This document shows, piece after piece, positions 1-10,320 of a stretch of 44,548 nucleotides of DNA. The notes beneath the pieces are model-generated. The model was not told the origin of the DNA. It worked only from the letters and a program-made list of their open reading frames with translations, and did no database searches. Origin of the DNA: Sphaerodactylus townsendi (taxonomy: Eukaryota); assembly GCF_021028975.2 (NCBI RefSeq), contig NC_059429.1, forward strand, positions 139,128,001 to 139,172,548, written 5' to 3'. The translations under genes and the position numbers were made by a program. Each line of letters starts with the position of its first letter. Positions within the stretch are counted from its first letter, which is position 1.

Positions 1-519
1 TCTGTCTGTCATGCCCTGTGTCCATAGGCTCAACGGAAGAACTCAGGATTGGTCATGGTATTCTTTATCGAACCTTTATAGCAGGATATTAGCACATAGG
101 GATCCATAGACAGATCAGAAAAGGCACTGCAGCCTTACGCATTGAGCAGACAGTATAACATGATTGGTTGTTTACATAACGGCAGAACTAAGTCTTCAGA
201 GCAGAGGAGTCCTCCCGGCCTGGAGATAAATATGTCAAAGGATGGAAGCAGGGCTGACCCTCCGCGTGAAACCCAGCTGGCAGGACGGCTGATCCGGTGG
301 CCCCACTGCCCTGCAGCTGCCCACAACATGAACACACCCCAACATCTGGCTGTGGGTGACCCCCTCCCCCGTTGCGGCAGAGACCAGCAGGTCACCGGAC
401 AGGCAGCCCAGACATCTTCAAGTAAACAACCAACCTATATTGGTCTCTGAAGCTCTGCGTGGCTCAGGGTCAGGGTGCCGGAAGGACCTCCGACTTCCAC
501 ATGGACGGCTCCACCCACT

Positions 520-990
520 CCAGGCATCTTTGGAGGCTGACGTCGGGTGTGCCAATTTGGGTAGTTTGGGGCCAATGTATCACAAGGAATGGCTCTCCCA
601 GGTGAGCCTACCTGTCCCCTTCAGTCGTCTTTGGAGGCCCTGCTTCAGGTGTGGCTGCCTTCTGGAGGCAGGCACTTGGCAGCCCACGAAGGGCCCTTCT
701 TGGTTCAGGGGGAATTGCCCGCCTCTCTCCACCAGGGCCTTCTGGCAGCAGGTTCTGGGTCCTTCCTGCTTTGTTTGGATTCCCTGGCTAGCCCTTATTA
801 GCCCACTTCCCTGTTTGCGTGTTTTATGTGTTTATGTGGATCATTTAATGGCTTGAAATATCTGTGAGGTGTTTGTATTTTAAATTCTTTTTAATGTGTG
901 AAATGTTTTAACATGTGAAATGTTTTAGTGTTTTAATATTTGTCGCCTGGGGGACCTCGAACTGGGGGGAGAGGCAGGATAGAAATGTCT
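520..990 (+). mobile_element. Degenerate L2-like 3' end
   Basis: T-rich tract followed by TCGCCTGGGGGACC...GAGAGGCAGGATAGAAAT, a squamate L2-type tail. Confidence 0.45.
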
Positions 991-2228
991 TCAGACTCAT
1001 CTAGAAATGTCTCAGGCCTATTGGGTCCTGCTGCCTGAACTTGGGGGGGCTGCAGGTAAGCTGCCCCTCCCCCAAGTACAAGAGGTGCCATACATCGCAG
1101 AGGTGCCATAAATTGCCTCCTTGTGGCCTTCTGGGAGTGGGGCAGGTGGGGGCAGTCGTGAGAGGCAGCCTCTGAGCCGCACCAGAAGGACAGAGGACCA
1201 GATGGAGGACCCCGTTGAGCAGGAGGGGCCCTCAGAGACACGGGGGGGGCAGTGAGGGTTTCCTCCATTTGTTTTGGCAGCTCTGGAGAGTGAGAGGAAG
1301 AGGAGGGGCCTCCAAATAAAAATTGGGCAGTGTGTGTGGGGAGGGGCTGCTGGGGCCAAGGAACCGGACAGGAGGGGCCTGAAAATCCACTCCTTCACAC
1401 GCACCAGTGCTGAACTCCATTGAGCATGGTTTGCGCCATCTTCTGTGAGCCCCAGACTGCTTAGCGCTCCTTGGTCAGAAAGGTGTTTCCGCTTTCAGCG
1501 TCTTGCTGGATTCATTCTCCTTCCATAGGTTGGGTTGGGCCACTGGCTTGGGAGCCGGCCACTGCTCTGTCCACAGGGACCCCCACGTCCCTGGACTGAG
1601 AGACCTTGGTGGGCTCAGAAATACAAGCCAATGCTCAGGAGGGCACGTGGGGCCCAGATGTGGCACACACTGCCTATCACCCCTTCCTCGTAAGCAACAG
1701 GCCAGAAGGAGCAGGGGGGGCTTATCAGAGTGGCCATCCACGTCTCTGACTTTGGTGTCCTCTAAGCTGGGACAGGGCACGCCCGGGGAATGCTTCTCCG
1801 GAGCGTCAACCAGGCCGACTAGGTAAGCGTACGGAGCTACAAAGACTCCACAGTAAAATATTGTTCCAAAATGGATTAGGTTCACGTCAACATCTCTTCA
1901 TTGGCCTCTGAATGTTTCCCGTTGACGTAATTGGCAGGTTAATATTTGGGTTACATTTTGATTTAAGATGTGGCCCTTTTGAGGTGCTGGGAACTCTCAT
2001 GGGACACCGGGCGTGGGAAGGTGGGCCCCTGGACTAAAGCATTCATTAAAATAAGTTCTCGCTCTCATCTCTCTCCAGATCCCTGTTCTCTTGAAGAGCT
2101 TGTTGGCTATAATATGAAGACCTGTGGCCCAAAAGTTGCCTGGCCCTGGCTCGCCCTACACAAGCCCTGCAGAGGCAGGAGAGCCACAGTTCTGGTCTCC
2201 AGTGTGAAACTGGCAGGGCGGGGCTGGA

Positions 2229-2320
2229 AAGGGCCATCCAGTCTCAACTGACTTATAGCGACCCCCTTGTGGGATTTCTAAGGCAAGAGGCATTCAGAGG
2301 TGGTTTGCCATTTTCTGCCT
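2229..2320 (-). mobile_element. RTE/Bov-B-type 3' tail fragment (SINE or LINE)
   Basis: Minus strand AATGGCAAACCACCTCTG..TCTTGCC...GGGGTCGCTATAAGTCAG resembles the Bov-A/RTE tail. Confidence 0.5.
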
Positions 2321-2367
2321 CGGCCTGGACTTCCTGCAGAAGAGACCTTAGACAGCCACCCAGGGGA

Positions 2368-2549
2368 GAGGCTGTGGCTCAGGGGCAGAGTATCTTTTGG
2401 GCACGCAGAAGGTCCCACGTTCCATCCTCAGCACCTCCAGTTGAAGGACCAGGCAGTGACCAGGAAGACCTTTCTCTGCCTGACCCCCAGGGGAGCCAAC
2501 GGCCAGTCTGAGTGGACAGTGCAGAGCTCGGTGGACTGAGGGTCTGGGT
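2368..2549 (+). mobile_element. tRNA-derived SINE whose tail is interrupted by the 2550 MITE
   Basis: A-box-like GTGGCTCAGGGGCAGAG, then CAGAAGGTCCC and GCCAGTCTGAGT; homologous to 40590-40730. Confidence 0.65.
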
Positions 2550-2944
2550 CCGTGGTGGCGAACCTTTGGCACTCCAGATGCCATGGACTACAATTCCCAT
2601 CAGCCCCTGCCAGCATGGCCAATTGGTCATGCTGGCAGGGGTTGATGGGAATTGTAGTCCATGAACATCTGGAGTGCCAAAGTTTCGCCACCACGGTGCT
2701 ATAGGTTCGCCACCAGGGCAGGGGTTGATGGGAATTGTAGTCCATGAACATCTGGAGTGCCAATGGTTCGCCACCATGGTGCCATAGGTTCGCCACCAGG
2801 GCAGGGGTTGATGGGAATTGTAGACCATGAACATCTGGAGTGCCAAAGTTTCGCCACCACGGTGCTATAGGTTCGCCACCAGGGCAGGGGTTGATGGGAA
2901 TTGTAGTCCATGACATCTGGAGTGCCAAAGGTTTGCCACCACTG
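2550..2944. mobile_element. Palindromic hAT MITE whose right arm is expanded into an 83-bp tandem array
   Basis: Full palindrome 2550-2696, then 83-bp units starting at 2634, 2717, 2800 and 2883. The whole block is flanked by the 8-bp TSD GTCTGGGT (2542-2549, 2945-2952). Confidence 0.88.
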
Positions 2945-3364
2945 GTCTGGGTCATTATAACAAAACCACAGGGTTGGTCAAAGGAGAAAATGTTGTGCTG
3001 AGTTGGGCGTGGCCCTCAGTGGCCTTCACACCTCCAGGCTGGGATGCCCCGTCAGGGCTCATGTTGTGCCCCTGGCAGGAATATGAAGTGGTGCCCCCTC
3101 TACTTTCACAGTAGCCGCTTAGGTAAAAAAAATAAATACATAATCAAGAAGAAGCTAGAATAATAACGCCACCTTTATTTCACTCCTACACTCTGCAAAC
3201 ATAGTCAACTAATGCATAACAATTTAACTTATTATTAAAAAAAACAAAACTACATCAGGGGCAAGCATTTTTTACAGTTGTGTTTTCCAGGCTCTTAATG
3301 ACATTAACATGAAACAAAATTAAAACGTTTTTTAAAAAATTTTGAAGTCTACTTACCTTAAGAC

Positions 3365-3566
3365 TGTTAAGAGTTTACCGCATAGAGAAGCAACGAACAC
3401 ACTGATGAAAAGGGTAAAAGGTAAATGTTTATTAGGAACTACATTTAGGATAGGAAAGAGGGAACGAAAGTGTGCTGATATCCTACTAGCCAAGAAAAGT
3501 CTCTGCAACTAACTTCCAAGAAGAAGCAGATTATTAGACCTGGGAGCATCAGTCTCAGGGCTGACA
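3365..3566 (-). mobile_element. Possible short solo LTR
   Basis: TGTTAAG...CTGACA termini, AATAAA on the minus strand (~3428), flanks AGAC/AGAG (3/4). Confidence 0.4.
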
Positions 3567-3994
3567 AGAGGTGACCCCAAAGGACGGAGTGGTCCCTAAC
3601 CTGGGTATGCTTGAGTCTGGTGAAGAACATGTTAAGAGGTGACACGGTAGCCGTGTTCTATCAGGGTTTCCTCCCCCAGTTCTCACAGGCTGCTCTTCCC
3701 CTGACTGAAAACAAAGGGGGAGGGGCCCAAGGCTAAGGAACCGAGTGTGTGTGTGTGGGGGGGCAGCTGGATTGGACCCCCAAGTGCCAGTGGGATTTTG
3801 AGAATCTAAAGGCACTGTTTAGCCAGAGCCCGTTTTGCAGCCTGCAGACCCTTCTCAGCCGTTTATTGTACAGGTTGATGCTAGCGATGGGGCCCTTCTT
3901 CAGTGTGAGGACGATGGGCGATTATACCCATGTGCCTCCCTGCCCTACAAGTCCTCAGACACTGAATGAAACTGGGCAGTGTGGGAGAAGGAAG

Positions 3995-4436
3995 TGTAAC
4001 CCCCATGCTCAGAATGGGTTGACCCAGAAAGGGGTGGAGACCCAAAGCAGGAGAAGGCTGCAGAGCTCTTATAGTTTGGAGACAAGGCTCCCAGACTCGG
4101 ACCTTGGTTTGTATAAGCCCTTAACACCTTGTTAAGGGCTTCTTTTTGTGTTTGTAATGGGTGAGAGTTCTCCTGGAAACCGTCATCATGTTGAATCCTG
4201 TTCACCAAGCCCTTGGAGTCTTCAGGAGCCAACCCACTTGCAAAGAAGAATTGGACTTGGCAGTATCAGAAGACTGTAACTAGAAGGACTTGAAAATGAA
4301 ACCTGAACAGGACTTTGAAGTGTGATGTTAAATGTGGATGTTATATGTTAAGAAAGTAAACCATTTTGTTTTTAAAAATTTGTTGTTGCCAACTCATTCC
4401 AAGTTCTGCCCACAGAACCCACAGAGAGAGGTTACA
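3995..4436 (+). mobile_element. Solo LTR (ERV or Gypsy type)
   Basis: TGTAACC...GGTTACA termini, 4-bp TSD GAAG on both sides, TATAA near 4112 and an AGTAAA poly(A)-like signal near 4355. Confidence 0.8.
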
Positions 4437-5095
4437 GAAGCTGGAGCTATTAAGCTGGCACTGAGTGTCTAGCACTGTTGGCTGGAGGGGGCCTTATGCC
4501 CATTTGAAGTGTAGACCAACCATGAGATCGTAGAGGCACTGTGGCCCTCAAAGGCTGACTGTGAAGCCGCTGTGTTGGCCACTAGAGAGCCCGTTTTCAG
4601 TCAGCGTTATGAGGACTGAGGGTGATTCGGAGGCAGAGAGAGTTAAGGAACGGTTGTAAAGTGAACTGCTCCATTCTCTTGGTGAAAAGCTTTCTCTTGG
4701 TAAGGCAGGCCGAGTTCCCAGACATACAGCAGGAGTACACTAAAAGCCCACTGGTTACTTACTTATTTGGGGGGGGGGGAATACACTAAATGAGAAAAAG
4801 GAGGCTTATTGGGCCAGTGATATTTCACAGAGGGGAGAGGGGATTTAATTCTGTAAAGAAACAGGAAAGAGAAACCCTACTTGGAACCTCAGTGTGTGTC
4901 AGGACATATCTAAGGTCAGGTTGCCTGAAGTGTGCAGAAATCCTGTTAAACTATATTTCACCTGAGGGTAAACAGAGTTCTCTCAGGAGAGAGAAAAAGA
5001 GGAGAACTGAATATTAACATCTGTAAAGTCTTTAAAATACCTGACTGATATATTTTAAAGAGCTATGAAAGCAATCGTCTACTGGACTACTAAAC

Positions 5096-5235
5096 CAGGG
5101 GCGTCCAACTCTGGCACTTCAGATGTTCATGGACTACAATTCCCATCAAACCCTGCTGCCAATTGGCCATGCCAGCAGGGTCTGATGGGAATTGTAGACT
5201 ATGAACATCTGAAGCGCCAAAGTTGGACACCTCTG
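5096..5235. mobile_element. Palindromic hAT MITE
   Basis: Near-palindrome with a GGACTACAATTCCCATCA core; 8-bp TSD TACTAAAC (5088-5095, 5236-5243). Confidence 0.88.
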
Positions 5236-8200
5236 TACTAAACTAACTGAAACAGAGTCAACAGCTTGTATATAGTGCCTTATCAACTCACCTGCTTTAC
5301 TTTATGTTATTTTTACTTCACCAAATAACTTTGTTATTCTAGCTCACCTTTTTAACATTTAAAGAATGCCTCTTGTGCCTGTTTTGTTTCTGACAACAAG
5401 GAAAGGGGGTTGTTTAAACAAGTGATGCTCTCTGGTTTATTGGGAGGGGCCTGGAACTCTGAGCGGAAGAAGCCCAATTACATTTATTTCTAGCAAAGGG
5501 TGGGAAAACAGAGAGATTGCAGATGTGCACCGGCGCTCACACACTGTGCTTCCTGGAGGAGCTAACAGGGAGGGCTGCTTAGAGCCAGAAGAAGCCGGCA
5601 GTTATACTTTCTGGAGGGAAGAACCTCCTGAAGGCACTACTCGTGAGCAGAGGGGACGTCGCAGCACCTGCAACGGCCTCAGCAGATGGAAAATGAAGAT
5701 GATGACTGGAGTATTATAAACACCCGTGTTGCTCGGCAGCACCACAAAAATCAACAGAAAAAGTGTAAGAAGCCAGAACTCGGCCCCTAATAAACAAAAG
5801 GGGTGCCTGGGAAAGAGTTCCCGCTTCAGTGTGTGCATGAGAAAAATTTAAAACACTGCATTTTTAAAGACTTCAAAAGCCAACAGCACGAGACACCTTT
5901 TCATGAACGCCAACTGAAATAGCCCAGCACTGCACACGGGCTTTGAAATTCTTCCGGCTGGCTGTTGAAAGGCAAACAGGAAGTCTCTCGGGCTGCCTAA
6001 GGAGGGAAGGGAGGAGGGTCGCAGTGCTGCCCCCCCCCCTCCCCACCTGCAGTTAAGACTCAGAAATCCAGCGGAGCTCCAGGGGGCATCCTGGCTGGAA
6101 GGGGGCTCAGAGCCCAGGGGCTGCCTGGGAAACCCCTGCAGAGTCAGGGTGGAGGTTGGGGAGGATGTGATGCCCTGGAGCCCACCCCCCTCCCCCCAGC
6201 CGAGGCCCCCTCCTCCACTCTCCCACCTGCAGGGAGGCCTCCCCATTCCTTGCCTTCCCAGCCCCCCCCCCCCACTCTTCAAGGTAGCACACTGACAGTG
6301 GCCACGGTGGCCTTCGGACAGGCAGCCCTTCTGCGGGGGGTGTGGAGCTCAGGGCACATTCTGGACACTGAGGGGGGAGGAAGGTTTCGGAGGCCGGCTG
6401 TCAGGAGCTGCTCAGTTCAGGCTGGATCCTGCAATGTCTCCCAGGTGGGAGGTGGGACCCCCTTTCCCTCCCTCCCTCCCACTTTTGCTTCAGTTTTGTT
6501 TCCCAGGCAAAGCCTAATCTGTCTGCTAGACCCCTGCTTGGGGTTGCCCTCCACAGCCCTGGGGAGTGTGGGTTGTTTTGACCTAAGTGAAGGCCAGGCT
6601 GCCTCTGGACTGTGGGGCAGGAGGAGGTCCACCCCCCCCCCCCGGGAACTGCTGTTCAGGGGTGATGTCGTGTGATGATGTCAGACGTGATGATGTGGGA
6701 TATAATGGACGGTGTTTTGGCGCTTGACTTTTAGTTCTGGCAACAGACGTCTAAAGGGTTGTCTCCGGTGCTGTTTCATAATAGAGAAATCATCCAAATG
6801 CAGAGTCTGGCTGTTGCGCAGTCCAGGGGCACAACAGCTGACCTTTCAGAGTTTCCTAGCATTATTGTCTTTTCCAGTGACTAAAATAGAGTAGCTTCAT
6901 TTTAGCTTTTAGCAGCTCAATTGCTAGTTAAAGTTTTTTGTAGGCTGTGCTTTGTCGGGGTGCAAAGGAATGAGAGATACGCTCGGCGTTTCACACGTCA
7001 CAATTATGGGTGCTGTATTTTTAAAAATGTCCAGGAAAAGGCTAGGCCAAAAAAATGTATCTTTGGGTTGGGCTTATACACGTGCAGAGAGGTTGAGGGA
7101 ATATTCAAACACCATAGAGGTAAAATAATATAAAAATGGGATTATTCCTTAACAGTTCATAGAGGTCAACATTGTTTTATAATTTATTGACAATGATATT
7201 TATTATTCTCTCATTTATCGATAATGATTTATTGATATGTTGATCAATATTGATATGTTTATTATATAGGCATGTATAAATGGGGGGGGTGTCATTTTTG
7301 CACTTTTGCCCCCCTTCAAAAAATGTCAATTTGGCCCTGGTCGCTCTCCCTGCACTGACTGCCCCAGCTGCCGTGGGGCACCGTGAGCTTTCTTGGCTCT
7401 CTGATGGTTGCCCCCAGCCCCATAACGCCCAGAGCAGGTGGTGCTGAGCGACTCTCCCCCCTCCTGCCCAGCTCCTCACAGGAAAATGGGCCCAGGCCCC
7501 AGAGCGAAGGGCAGCCAGCGTCCCCCCCTGCCCACCAGAAGGAGAGGTCCAGTGGTGGCAGAGGGGCCGTGGGGTTGAAAGGGGTCGGTAGTTGTGGAAG
7601 AGGCTGTGCTCTGTCCAGTGCTGGGGAAGACCGTGCTTGGCCAGAGCATCTCCCACCCCCACCCCCACCCCACGCACACACTCAATCGCCCACCCCAGGG
7701 AGACCAACCGCTCCCCCCTGGTGGCTTCATGGCTGACTGGAGCCTCCGTGCAGACAGCACCTGAGACCTTCCTCATGCAAAACAGTGTTCCCTGCTGTGA
7801 TTTATGGCCCCTTCTGCCAGTAAAGAGCACACACATTTGGGCATTTTCCAAAGCACAGCAGAAAACCGGCCTCGGAGCAGCCGGGGTGGGCAGCAGGGGG
7901 GCTGGGAGGGCAGCCTATCCCAGAGCTGTGAAGGGCAGAGAGACCCCCAGGGGTGTGCGGGGGGGGGGGCTGGGGGATGGAAGCTTCAAGCAGTTGCTGG
8001 TTTGCCCTCCAGTGGGGGGGGTCATCCAGTGCCCAGTGTTCCCTCCCCAAGGAGACTCCCGAACCAGAGAGCTACCACCCCCACCCCACCCGAGACGCAC
8101 TCGGCAGGCATTTGTCATTCATGAAATGCCACCGCTGGAGGCCTGGCAATTGGAGGTGCCACCAGAATGAACTCTCTTTAGCACAGGATCACTGCCTGGA

Positions 8201-8520
8201 TTTATGAGGCCGGAGTGAGTCTCATTTCCCTGGCAAGGCGCAGGCAGCAATTAACGATTAATAAAAGTATCACGGAGCTTCCCCCAGGGTGGGCTTAATT
8301 CACGGGGAAGGGCAGGACGGAGCAGGATTCTCCAGTGGCTGCCGTGGCCACCTCTGGCAGCACAAACCGGCGGCGGCGGCGGCGGCTGCTTTGCACTGCG
8401 GCTGAGAAGAGGAAGGGCACGGAGGAGGCAGCCACACAGCCCCCCCCCCCCCCAGATACGGCACAAGATGTTTCTGGGGGCCAAAAGAGTCCCTCCCTCC
8501 CTCTCCCCCTGACCTCAGTC

Positions 8521-9666
8521 CAGTGATGTAGGTATAGATATTTTATGGGGGGGGGGGTTCGGGGGTGAGACCATGCCCCCACCCACCCCGGGGTGTGGCC
8601 ACACCTCCCCAAGCCCCGCCCCGGCCTCAGTGCTTATAAAAACAGCTTTCCGAGGCCAGGGACAGCAGACTCCCCTGCCCCCCCCCCACCAGCTGGGTTT
8701 CCAGCTGGTAACCGACAGTCCCTTCTCCCTCCCCTCCAGGAACAAGGGTAGCTAGGGAAAATGGACCCTGGTGCAAAATCTGCATTTTGCACGCGCGCAC
8801 ACACACACACACACACACAACGGGGAAGCCGCTGTGGTGCTGGAATCCACCCCCAAACAACATCACTTTCAATGGTGTTTAAATTAGGGAGCCCAGATTC
8901 TCCTTTTAAATCTTAAAGGGAGAATCTGGGGTCCCCAGTTAAAACAACATGCTGTTTTGGGGTGGATTCAGTGGTGGAATTCAGAAGGTTTGCACCACTT
9001 CAGCAGAACCGATTGTTAAAATGGTGCCTGTAAACAATCAGTTGTTAAATTATTTGAATTCCCACCATCAGAACCGGTTGTTAAATTATTTGAATCCCAC
9101 CACTGGGTGGATTATCTTCCATCCTGAAACAGCATCACTTCCAATGTTTAATCCTTGGGGACCTCAGATTCTCCCTTTAAATCCATTCCAAAGGGGGTGG
9201 ATTTAAAAGGAGAATCTGGGGAAATTTGGAGGGTGCCTGCTGTCAGGGGTGCAATTGTTAAGCTAGCAGCACCAAACTTTCAGGGTATCTTTAGGTGACT
9301 CTCCTGATGATACCACCCAAGTCTGGTGAAGTTTGGTTCAGGGGGCCCAAAGTTGTGAACCTTCAAAGATGTAGCCCCCATCTTCTATTAGCTCCCATTG
9401 GAAACAATGGGGGATGTGGGAGCCCCCTTTGGGGGTCTATAACTTCGGACCCCCCTGAACCAAACTTCACAAAACTTGGCTGGTAACATCAGGAGTGTCA
9501 CCTGATGATACCCTGAAATTTTGGTGCTGCTAGCCTAAAAATGCGCCCCCTGCAGGCCAAAAACAAAAAACATTTTAAAATACAAAAAACCCACAAACGG
9601 GGGGCGGAGCTTCAGACATGCAATGGGGGGGTTGAACCCGAGAGCCCCCCCTTACCTACGTCCTTG
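8521..9666. mobile_element. Non-autonomous hAT element of about 1.1 kb containing a nested MITE
   Basis: Imperfect TIRs CAGTGATGTAGGT / ACCTACGTCCTTG; TSD CCTCAGTC/CCTCTGTC (7/8); internal inverted segments (CAGATTCTCC/GGAGAATCTG). Confidence 0.7.
8969..9105. mobile_element. Nested hAT MITE
   Basis: TIR CAGTGGTGGAATTCA / TGAATCCCACCACTG; perfect 8-bp TSD GGTGGATT; internal direct repeat GTTGTTAAATTATTTGAAT. Confidence 0.85.
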
Positions 9667-10180
9667 CCTCTGTCCCCCCTGTGGCTCGAAAGGAGAAAGA
9701 GTGGACCACCTCGCAAGGTCCTGGTGGCCATTGCTGAGAGAGTGCAGCCAGCGGGTCGCTTGGGATGTTCACACCCAGTGGGGCATCCTATATATATGGC
9801 CTAAAGGGTGGGTGTCATGCCACGCCCTGGCAAAAGCTCCATGGGCTCCCCCACACCCCCGTTCCTCTCCAGGCTTCAGTGCCCCCAGGAACTAGTCGGA
9901 GATGGCAGCGAGAAGGGGAAGTTGGGAAGTGTCCTTTAGTCAGCCCCCCCTCCCCCACCCACCCCAGAATACCCCACCTGCCCACCTGCCTGCGCTCCTC
10001 CTTGCCATCATCCTGAGATATTAGGGAAAAGGAGAAGGTTCGTCTCCAGCACTGGCCTCCCCCCCCCCCCCCCCCCGCTGCTCTCCCTGCACATCTGTCC
10101 CAGAGGGCTCAGCACAGCTTTGCACGCACCCAGGCACCTTCCCTTTCCGGTCTGTTCTGTTAGGCAGCAACCTAAATAAC

Positions 10181-10320
10181 CTAGAATCATAAAACTGGAG
10201 GAAACCCCAAGGGCCATCCAGTCCAACCCGCTGCCTTGCAGGAACACACAACCACAGCACTCCTGCCAGGTGGCCATCCAGCCTCTGTTTAAAAATCCCC
10301 CAAAGAAAGAGAAGCCCAGA
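10181..10320 (-). mobile_element. CR1 3' end fragment
   Basis: AGAATCATA...GGGCCATCCAGTCCAACCCGCTG...GGCCATCCAGCCTCTGTTTAAAAA, similar to 31088-31290. Confidence 0.75.

Noticed and set aside
1-500. Possible LTR remnant starting TGTCATG at 7
   Set aside because: No matching terminus or TSD could be identified.
2634-2944. CRISPR-like regular repeats
   Set aside because: Eukaryotic context, no unique spacers, no cas genes; it is a tandem MITE arm.
6660-6700. Repeated (R)TGATGA C-box-like motifs suggesting a C/D snoRNA
   Set aside because: No suitably spaced CTGA D box with a terminal stem and no evident host intron.
3053-7339. Single large hAT element bounded by CAGGGC...GCCCTG
   Set aside because: Flanking 8-mers (TGCCCCGT vs GTCGCTCT) do not form a TSD; more likely separate fragments.
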